Shown: one piece after another, positions 1-6,252 of the stretch
How positions within the stretch are numbered: position 1 is the first letter of the stretch
Layout: the number at the start of each line of letters is the position of its first letter
IMG/VR virus record: IMGVR_UViG_2690315980_000001
Strand: one strand, 5' to 3'
Source: a virus
Taxonomy: Duplodnaviria; Heunggongvirae; Uroviricota; Caudoviricetes
Length of the DNA: 24,231 nucleotides
The notes under the pieces: generated by a model
Told to the model about the DNA's origin: nothing
The model's input: only the letters and a program-made list of their open reading frames with translations
Databases searched by the model: none
Translations under genes and position numbers: made by a program

Positions 1-46
1 CTACGGGTTAAAAGCCCGTTGCTCTAACCTACTGAGCTAACGACAC
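1..46 (-). tRNA. tRNA-Lys(UUU), 5' part only, truncated by the window edge
   Basis: Identical to the matching part of the full copy at 809-885; anticodon arm ACGGG-CT TTT AA-CCCGT. Confidence 0.9.
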
Positions 47-50
47 AAAG

Positions 51-127
51 TGGCGGGTGATCTAGGACTTGAACCTAGCACCTGTTGGTTAACAGCCAAC
101 TGCTCTAACCAGATGAGCTAATCACCC
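51..127 (-). tRNA. tRNA-Asn(GUU), copy 2
   Basis: Cloverleaf; anticodon arm GTTGG-CT GTT AA-CCAAC; G73; encoded CCA. Confidence 0.95.
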
Positions 128-133
128 TAAGTT

Positions 134-209
134 TGGTTCCACCTGCTGGACTTGAACCAGCGACCTTACCCTTATCAGGGGTATGCTCTACCAACTGAGC
201 TAAGGCAGA
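134..209 (-). tRNA. tRNA-Ile(GAU)
   Basis: TACCC-CT GAT AA-GGGTA; T-arm GCTGG TTCAAGT CCAGC; encoded CCA. Confidence 0.95.
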
Positions 210-216
210 ATTAAAA

Positions 217-292
217 TGGCGGAGATGACGGGGATTGAACCCGCGACCTCTTGCGTGACAGGCAAGCGTCATAACCACTAGACTACATCTCC
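217..292 (-). tRNA. tRNA-Asp(GUC)
   Basis: CTTGC-CT GTC AC-GCAAG; acceptor GGAGATG/CATCTCC; G73; CCA. Confidence 0.95.
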
Positions 293-297
293 AAATG

Positions 298-373
298 TGG
301 AGCACTGTGGCAGATTTGAACTGCCGAATAATGGATTTGCAATCCACCCTCTTAACCACTTGAGTAACAGTGC
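298..373 (-). tRNA. tRNA-Cys(GCA)
   Basis: GTGGA-TT GCA AA-TCCAT; U73 Cys identity element; CCA. Confidence 0.95.
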
Positions 374-374
374 A

Positions 375-450
375 TGGTGCATCCTACTGGTCTCGAACCA
401 GTGACCTCTTCTTTGTAAGAGAAGCGCTCTCCCAACTGAGCTAAGGACGC
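375..450 (-). tRNA. tRNA-Val(UAC)
   Basis: CTTCT-CT TAC AA-AGAAG; CCA. Confidence 0.95.
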
Positions 451-455
451 GTAAC

Positions 456-531
456 TGGTGGAGGCAAAGGGAATCGAACCCTCGACAACTGACTTGCAAA
501 GCCAGCACTCTACCTACTGAGTTATACCCCC
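456..531 (-). tRNA. tRNA-Ala(UGC)
   Basis: CTGGC-TT TGC AA-GTCAG; G3:U70 alanine identity pair present; CCA. Confidence 0.95.
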
Positions 532-536
532 AAAAA

Positions 537-612
537 TGGTGCCTCGAAGTGGAATTGAACCACTGACGCGAAGATCTTCAATCTTCCGCTCTACCAACTG
601 AGCTATCAAGGC
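537..612 (-). tRNA. tRNA-Phe(GAA)
   Basis: GAAGA-TT GAA GA-TCTTC; CCA. Confidence 0.95.
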
Positions 613-613
613 A

Positions 614-690
614 TGGTTCCCCTTGCTGGACTCGAACCAGCGACCACATGATTAAAAGTCACATGCTCTAACCAACTGAGCTAAAGAGGA
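614..690 (-). tRNA. tRNA-Lys(UUU), second sequence type (A31-U39)
   Basis: TGTGA-CT TTT AA-TCATG; body differs from 809-885; CCA. Confidence 0.95.
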
Positions 691-728
691 ATTATTTCTA
701 AAGCACTCTCGTAAAAGCACTTGAGAAA

Positions 729-804
729 TGGCACTGCCAACGAGGATCGAACTCGTGTTACAAGCTTGAAAGGCTTGTGTCCTAACCAACTAGACGATAG
801 CAGC
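729..804 (-). tRNA. tRNA-Glu(UUC)
   Basis: CAAGC-CT TTC AA-GCTTG; short variable loop; CCA. Confidence 0.95.
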
Positions 805-808
805 GCAA

Positions 809-885
809 TGGTGTGTCGGGCAGGAATCGAACCTGCGACCTACGGGTTAAAAGCCCGTTGCTCTAACCTACTGAGCTAACGACAC
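809..885 (-). tRNA. tRNA-Lys(UUU), G31-C39 type
   Basis: ACGGG-CT TTT AA-CCCGT; U7/C66 mismatch in the acceptor stem; CCA. Confidence 0.93.
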
Positions 886-889
886 AAAG

Positions 890-966
890 TGGCGGGTGAT
901 CTAGGACTTGAACCTAGCACCTGTTGGTTAACAGCCAACCGCTCTAACCAGATGAGCTAATCACCC
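890..966 (-). tRNA. tRNA-Asn(GUU), first gene of the array
   Basis: Same as 51-127 apart from one base (tRNA position 26); CCA. Confidence 0.95.
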
Positions 967-1167
967 ATAATTTATAAGACAACTAAAATCTAATTGCCTT
1001 ATAAATTATTTTTATCTCTAAAAATAATTCAAGGTCGCCTTGGTTACAAATCAAACTATTCCCTTAAATTTAGGTGAAATGGTGTTGATTTAGCGACCTA
1101 ACCCGAATCAAGATTACAAACATTTATATTTATATACTCAATCCGAATTTTACAATCCAAGTTGTTA

Positions 1168-1271
1168 AAGAACAAAAAGCCCAGTGAAACTTAAGGAAGT
1201 CTCACTGGGCTAATCATAGCTTATGTGTAGTTTGAGACTTCCGCCTCAACCACTTTTAAGTATGAGGCAAA
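1168..1271 (-). terminator. Attenuator of leader L1: alternative hairpins plus intrinsic terminator
   Basis: Terminator AGCCCAGTGAGACTT-CCTT-AAGTTTCACTGGGCT followed by TTTTGTTCTTT (stem 1178-1211). Perfect 10-bp antiterminator GGAAGTCTCA (1233-1242) / TGAGACTTCC (1195-1204). Upstream GCCTCA/TGAGGC hairpin (1263-1268/1243-1248). Confidence 0.85.
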
Positions 1272-1397
1272 TCAAGTTGTAATTTCGATCTTATTATCCA
1301 CGTTCATTTTTTTCGCACAGCAAATATCAGCCGCAATTGCGTTAAACATCGCATCGCACTTCTCAATTTTTACTGTCGTAAATGTCGTGATAAACAT
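1272..1397 (-). CDS. Leader peptide L1, 41 aa MFITTFTTVKIEKCDAMFNAIAADICCAKKMNVDNKIEITT
   Basis: Translated by hand; SD AGGA in AGGATTTTATT-ATG; stop abuts the attenuator; not in the ORF track. Confidence 0.8.
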   Translation of the reverse strand: MFITTFTTVKIEKCDAMFNAIAADICCAKKMNVDNKIEITT

Positions 1398-1429
1398 AAT
1401 AAAATCCTGATAAATGGTTTTTTTAATAC

Positions 1430-1523
1430 AAAAAAGTCAGCTTAGCTATCGCCTCGCTGACTATATACAAGAAAATCTTGAAATCTTTGAGGCAACCCTC
1501 AAAGATACAATTATCCTGAAGGT
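1430..1523 (-). terminator. Attenuator of leader L2: alternative hairpins plus probable intrinsic terminator
   Basis: AGTCAGC(14-nt loop)GCTGACT followed by TTTTTG (1430-1462); perfect ATCTTTGAGG-GTTG-CCTCAAAGAT hairpin (1483-1506); competing CCTTCAGGATA/TATCTTTGAGG (1512-1522/1497-1507). Confidence 0.7.
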
Positions 1524-1628
1524 TTAAATATTGTTTTTACAGTCAAATTTCTTGTCTGTATTCTTCTCACAGGCAAACATATTGTCTGTGTTTGTTTCAA
1601 TCGTATTTTTCGCGATGATAATAAACAT
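1524..1628 (-). CDS. Leader peptide L2, 34 aa MFIIIAKNTIETNTDNMFACEKNTDKKFDCKNNI
   Basis: Translated by hand; SD-like AGGT upstream; same restricted amino-acid alphabet as L1; not in the ORF track. Confidence 0.75.
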   Translation of the reverse strand: MFIIIAKNTIETNTDNMFACEKNTDKKFDCKNNI

Positions 1629-1689
1629 AACATTACCTGTGAGTTAAAAAGTAGTTTTAAGTGTTAGGCTCTTGCCTTCCGATGAATTA

Positions 1690-1719
1690 ATAATAAACCT
1701 AAATGTTTTTTCAGGTCAA
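1690..1719 (-). promoter_or_regulatory. sigma70 promoter for the L2-L1-tRNA transcript
   Basis: TTGACC-18 nt-TATTAT on the minus strand, just downstream of the 1755-1786 terminator. Confidence 0.6.
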
Positions 1720-1754
1720 CACTTAATTTTATATTTTTTATGTTTTTTTTGGGC

Positions 1755-1786
1755 AAAAAAAGAAAGAGGGCTGAAAAACCCTCTTT
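1755..1786 (-). terminator. Intrinsic terminator of the 1797-2897 gene
   Basis: AAAGAGGG-loop-CCCTCTTT followed by CTTTTTTT. Confidence 0.75.
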
Positions 1787-1796
1787 ATTCAATTAC

Positions 1797-2897
1797 TTAC
1801 AAAACTTTATTTTTTGCGTTTTTTTCACCAAACTTATAGTTTTTCAACTTGAAGTTGTTTTGTAGTCGCTCTTCCAACACTCCCTCGTCATTAAAAACTA
1901 ACTCTTTTCCTTCATAATACCAGGTAGATGTTCCACCTATTGGTTGAGAAAGATCATATTTAACCGATGGGTCAAACAACTTATAAGGATTAAATCTGGT
2001 AGATTTTGAATGCTCAGTGCGGTCAAATTGATAGTTGTATTCTACTCTTTCTGGCGCACCTAGAGAAAGAAACACTTCAACCTTGTTCATACCATAATTA
2101 ATCTCGCTAGACTTAATGCTGGAGTGGTGAGCCTTATGGACTAAAGGAGACTTCAACGGATCTTTGTATACAATTCTGTTGATATCAAAAGGAACATTTA
2201 CCCTTTCACCATCATCAAGTCTAACCACAAAACTAAATTGTGATTCATCTAATCCATACCCCGTATTTAACGAGTAATCAATTTTTTCAACTTTTAGGGG
2301 TTGGTTATGTGGTACTCTAATGGTATCAGAGCTGTTCGTTCCATATACTGAGGTATTTGTTTTATCAGCCCCTCGCCCTAAGACATAAATCGCCTTACCC
2401 ACATGCTCTTCAGCGGCTTTCAAGTCTGAGTTGTGGATTAACTGTAGTTGTGATTGCATTTGTCTAAATGGAAAAACACCATCCCTATCATCATTATTCT
2501 TATCAAATACTGATGCAAAATTTCCGTATTCAGGAATAACCACTTCAATGGATTTACAATTATCCAAAACACCAGAATAAACACGATAGTATCTAAGCTT
2601 ACCAGGCTCATTAGGATCTTCATCTGTTTTTTGAATGAAACTAGTTGTATCGATTTTTAAATCACGACCATAAATATCTGATTCGGTTAGAGGTGTCTTT
2701 TGATATCTTTCATACAAGTATGAGTAAGAGTCTTGAGGAAGGTTATTCATTCTATTATTGAACTTGAGTTCGGCAGAGACATTCCCCGCTTCGAACTCAA
2801 GCCCACGAATAACTTTGTAATTGCATTCGCTTGCGAATGCTGAAGATGAGATAACGCCAATAGCTAGGGCTATAGTCGTTTTTAGAAATTTATTCAT
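1797..2897 (-). CDS. Exported hypothetical protein with a C-terminal BamE/SmpA-like motif
   Basis: Sec signal peptide ending SAFA-SEC; GMNKVEVFLSLGAP resembles the SmpA/BamE-domain motif. Confidence 0.6.
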   Translation of the reverse strand: MNKFLKTTIALAIGVISSSAFASECNYKVIRGLEFEAGNVSAELKFNNRMNNLPQDSYSYLYERYQKTPLTESDIYGRDLKIDTTSFIQKTDEDPNEPGKLRYYRVYSGVLDNCKSIEVVIPEYGNFASVFDKNNDDRDGVFPFRQMQSQLQLIHNSDLKAAEEHVGKAIYVLGRGADKTNTSVYGTNSSDTIRVPHNQPLKVEKIDYSLNTGYGLDESQFSFVVRLDDGERVNVPFDINRIVYKDPLKSPLVHKAHHSSIKSSEINYGMNKVEVFLSLGAPERVEYNYQFDRTEHSKSTRFNPYKLFDPSVKYDLSQPIGGTSTWYYEGKELVFNDEGVLEERLQNNFKLKNYKFGEKNAKNKVL

Positions 2898-2955
2898 TGA
2901 ATTACCCGTTTATTATTAATTTGAGTAATATAATGGCATAAATAAATTTCCAATT

Positions 2956-3762
2956 CTAGGAGTTAATAACCAACTCTATTCTTTTTTGCATATCTAAAGA
3001 AACGCTGATTCCGTTACACTGTAACATGTCCATCATATCTCTGATTAGCAATACTGCATCACTTTCCACCTTATCTGAAGATGTAATAACTTCACTATCA
3101 ATCTCAGCATCAGGAGAAAGGTCTGTTACAGTACAGGAGAATGCTGTAGCAAGCTTAATTAGCAATTCATTATTTACAGGAGCTTTACCATTAATAATCT
3201 GGGAGAAACCCGCTTGCGTTTTGAGTCCAAGCTTTGACTGACAGAATTCTTGTTGAGTCATACCTGTCATATCTTGGTATTCCTGCCATCTCATTTTAAT
3301 GTTTTTAGCTACCTTTTTCATTTTTTCTGAGCTTAAACCACATTCACTTGAGCGCTTTTCTTTTAAGAAGCTTTTAAACTCTGCATGATTGAAATCATAC
3401 TTGATCATTTGAGGCTCAACATCCAGTCCAGAAGCAATTTTATCAATTACGCTGTCACCAAGTGGAAGTGTACCTTTTAAATAAGCTGAGAAGTTTGAAG
3501 TTGTAGTCCAACCAATGCTTTTACAAAAAGTGCTACGTGTAATATTTTCCCTTTCTGAATACTGCTCCCAAAGAAGATTTAAGTTTTCTCTGGCTTTATC
3601 CTGAATTTTAGATTCAATAAGTGACGCTGAATCAGACTTACTCAGGTACAATGCATTTAAGATAGAGTCTACTGTACGATTTGTAGACATATTGTTCTCT
3701 TTTATTAGAAAATCTTTTACTTCACCACTTTGTATTGCTAAAGCTTTCATTAAATTCACCAA
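2956..3762 (-). CDS. Transcription regulator with two XRE/CI-like HTH domains (probable start at 3690)
   Basis: Two paralogous segments, NLNLLW..ITRSTFCKSIGW..SNFSAYLKG and NIKMRW..MTQQEFCQSKLG..AGFSQIING. Confidence 0.75.
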   Translation of the reverse strand: MVNLMKALAIQSGEVKDFLIKENNMSTNRTVDSILNALYLSKSDSASLIESKIQDKARENLNLLWEQYSERENITRSTFCKSIGWTTTSNFSAYLKGTLPLGDSVIDKIASGLDVEPQMIKYDFNHAEFKSFLKEKRSSECGLSSEKMKKVAKNIKMRWQEYQDMTGMTQQEFCQSKLGLKTQAGFSQIINGKAPVNNELLIKLATAFSCTVTDLSPDAEIDSEVITSSDKVESDAVLLIRDMMDMLQCNGISVSLDMQKRIELVINS

Positions 3763-3821
3763 TGTCTTTAATTAATTAATTAATAAATATTTATTCGTTA
3801 TTCATTTTAAATTTTTTGGGG

Positions 3822-4286
3822 TTAGTACGGTAGTTCGTCTTTGTATTCGAACATATTCTCCCCATCTCTCAACGGATTTTGTTGTTGAGATTCTTGATAG
3901 TCAGATTGCTGAGTCTGGTATCGTTGCTGTTGCCCTGCTGTATTGCCTAGCGCTTTTGATTCATTAATATATTTAGCACCCAGAACAACTTTCATATCAG
4001 CTTGATTGCAAGAAAATCCAAGACCTACAAATCTATTTGTATTTATTAAGTAATGCTTTCCAGATAGCGTGATAATAGCACCTATCCCTATAAGCCCTTC
4101 ATTTATCACATTTTCAAGACTATTTCTGTTAGGAGAAAAAATATTACACTGATACCATTGATCTACAGACCTGCCATTAATGAAGTCATTGACACAAAGT
4201 GGAACTTTTATAAAGTATCCATTTTTCCCTTGTTTTATTTCTGGGTGCTTTCCAACTCTACCTAATATTACTGTATTCTGAGACAT
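3822..4286 (-). CDS. ssb: Single-stranded DNA-binding protein
   Basis: VILGRVGKHPEIK, DQWYQCNIF OB-fold pattern; Gln-rich linker; acidic-aromatic tail KDELPY. Confidence 0.75.
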   Translation of the reverse strand: MSQNTVILGRVGKHPEIKQGKNGYFIKVPLCVNDFINGRSVDQWYQCNIFSPNRNSLENVINEGLIGIGAIITLSGKHYLINTNRFVGLGFSCNQADMKVVLGAKYINESKALGNTAGQQQRYQTQQSDYQESQQQNPLRDGENMFEYKDELPY

Positions 4287-4585
4287 TAATTACCTACTGC
4301 ATTAACTAAATGTAATTTAATTGGTTCATGTTTCGCTTCAATCTTTTGGATTTCACTAATCATGCTAAGAAGCTCGACGGATTCACTTCTTAAAGTTTTA
4401 GGTACACCTTTAGATTGAATAAGTAAGTTTTTAATCAAATCAGAAGATTCAAGTAACAGGTCATTAAAAAGCTGAGCTTTTTCACTATCAGTTAATAATG
4501 ATAAAAAATTGCCTATTTCATTGATGCTGGCTTTACTTGAGTCAGTCGAAGAGATGCTGCTCACTAGCCTTAACTTATTGTCCAT
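4286..4585 (-). CDS. Hypothetical protein, translationally coupled to ssb
   Basis: 99-aa ORF; stop overlaps the ssb start by 1 nt. Confidence 0.7.
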   Translation of the reverse strand: MDNKLRLVSSISSTDSSKASINEIGNFLSLLTDSEKAQLFNDLLLESSDLIKNLLIQSKGVPKTLRSESVELLSMISEIQKIEAKHEPIKLHLVNAVGN

Positions 4586-4745
4586 ATTAAATATTTTCTT
4601 TGATTTTATGATGCTTTAGAGCATTATAACGAGATAAATATTTTCTGCAACCCCCTGATATAAAATTTCTTATATGCATTCTTGTGCTCAGTATACATAA
4701 AATGATAAAATATAATCAATTAAACAATAATAAAGGCAAAAAATC

Positions 4746-5438
4746 ATGGCAAGCTCAAGAAACACAATCATAGCTAAGCTAAGCACTACGCAATCAAACG
4801 TGAGAAGTGTTCGTATCAATGTGCATCCAAAATACAATGAGACAGACTCTGGATATCCAATAACGATTTACGAAACGCTAAACAGTAGAAATCTACCACC
4901 ACAGAAAGCATTTCTAAATCTTAAGGTTGGAGGAAAGGATCAATGGCTATCTATTAGCACATCAGCTCGCGCAACAAATGAGAATGGTGAGTACAAGCTA
5001 GCACCAAAGAGGAATGAACAAGGCTGTCTTGTAAATAGAAAAGGCGATGTTGTTCAAACTGAAGAAGAAGCAGCAAGATCTTTTATTTATGAAAAAGAAG
5101 ATGGTCGTAGCTTTAACATAGAGCTAGGTACATTATCTATTCAAAATACAAACTCTGAGGGTCAGCCGACCAAATGCACTCTGATTAAAGCTAAACTTTA
5201 CAGCGATAAAGAAGCTATTGCTATCCGACAAATGATGAAGGAAGCTAAAAATACTCCTGAAGAGTACAGACAGGCGCAATATGATAAGATTTCCGATTAC
5301 AAGCGTAATCATGGTGACTGGAAAACTTTATTTATTTCAGAAGGTCATGATTTCCTGAGAGGTTTAGGGTTTGAAGTAAGAGAAAACGCTCCTAAAAACC
5401 AACCTGGTAATGACTATAAAGATGACATTCCCTTCTAG
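4746..5438 (+). CDS. Hypothetical protein with an SSB-type C-terminal DDIPF tail
   Basis: 230-aa ORF ending YKDDIPF; followed by a terminator. Confidence 0.75.
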   Translation: MASSRNTIIAKLSTTQSNVRSVRINVHPKYNETDSGYPITIYETLNSRNLPPQKAFLNLKVGGKDQWLSISTSARATNENGEYKLAPKRNEQGCLVNRKGDVVQTEEEAARSFIYEKEDGRSFNIELGTLSIQNTNSEGQPTKCTLIKAKLYSDKEAIAIRQMMKEAKNTPEEYRQAQYDKISDYKRNHGDWKTLFISEGHDFLRGLGFEVRENAPKNQPGNDYKDDIPF

Positions 5439-5456
5439 CTAATTATTATAACTAAT

Positions 5457-5485
5457 AAAAAAGACTGCATTGCAGTCTTTTTTTT
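5457..5485. terminator. Bidirectional intrinsic terminator
   Basis: A-tract, AAAGACTGCA/TGCAGTCTTT palindrome and T-tract between convergent genes. Confidence 0.8.
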
Positions 5486-6224
5486 ACATCGCCAGCGATG
5501 AAATTCGATTGTCTTTTTTCTTTGTCTTTAACTCATAGACATTTCTTTTATCTATTGTTACCACATTACCGACGTTAACATCTATTTTAGTAAGATCTTC
5601 TGTTGTACAAAACATCCAGTCCATATGGTCTTCTTCAATTTGCATGAGTCCTTTAGAAGAGTACCATTGAAGAAGCTTTTCTCTGCTTTTTTCAGGATTC
5701 ATTCCTAATGTTCGATACTGGTACGAAGAGCTTAGATGAGAGCATAGCTGTAATGGACAAGCTTGAAGCACCATTAAACCAAAGCTTTTCCCGTAGTGCT
5801 CAGGGAAAAATTTAAGCAAATATTCACCAAAACCTTTACCCAAAAACCTTGGCTTAACTTTCAATTCCTTAATAAATATTACATTTCTTTTTATTTCTTT
5901 ATTTGAATTTTCTAAATGAGATTTAACAGAATCATGAAATTCCAGATCTAGCTTGTTTGTTCTGTAATCGTAAGTATTATGCTTAGAAAGCCATGAGAAT
6001 GCAGTGGAAAACTCACTATCTGATGAAGCTGATCTAGACATAACTGATAGCGGATTCCCTTCTACTAGTAATTTTTCCAGTTCAAAGCACAAAAATTCCA
6101 CTTCGCAAACCACTTCACCTGTTCCATTTTGCATAAGCTGCGCAACATTATTGGTGAGATACCCGTAACTATTTCGAACCTCTGACAAAACAGTAAGCTC
6201 TATTTTATTCAAAATGCTTTTCAT
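5484..6224 (-). CDS. GNAT-family acetyltransferase-like protein
   Basis: FIKELKVKPRFLGKGFGEYLL (acetyl-CoA motif A) and LLQWYSSKG. Confidence 0.65.
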   Translation of the reverse strand: MKSILNKIELTVLSEVRNSYGYLTNNVAQLMQNGTGEVVCEVEFLCFELEKLLVEGNPLSVMSRSASSDSEFSTAFSWLSKHNTYDYRTNKLDLEFHDSVKSHLENSNKEIKRNVIFIKELKVKPRFLGKGFGEYLLKFFPEHYGKSFGLMVLQACPLQLCSHLSSSYQYRTLGMNPEKSREKLLQWYSSKGLMQIEEDHMDWMFCTTEDLTKIDVNVGNVVTIDKRNVYELKTKKKDNRISSLAM

Positions 6225-6252
6225 GAATTTATTTATTAATGATTTAAAGTTT

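Larger units (their letters stand above)
1..966. repeat. Direct repeat of the Asn-Lys unit (1-127 vs 840-966, period 839)
   Basis: 127 nt with one difference (T101 vs C940). Confidence 0.9.

Noticed and set aside
105-508. ORF-track ORFs 105-359 and 278-508
   Set aside because: Chance open frames across tandem tRNA genes.
1-966. CRISPR-like regular spacing in the left kilobase
   Set aside because: The roughly 80-nt periodicity comes from tRNA D- and T-loop consensus, not identical repeats with spacers.
1010-1270. T-box riboswitch upstream of the tRNA array
   Set aside because: No T-box consensus or specifier stem seen; the leader ORF plus hairpins explain the structure better.
1263-1363. 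Long-range pairing of the L1 coding region with segment A
   Set aside because: Interrupted, wobble-rich matches no better than chance.
1456-1490. Internal promoter between L2 and L1 (TATAGT -10)
   Set aside because: No acceptable -35 at 16-18 nt and no extended -10.
1483-1506. Perfect inverted repeat read as a repressor operator
   Set aside because: It fits better as the B:C helix of the L2 attenuator because each arm has an alternative partner; a DNA role is not excluded.
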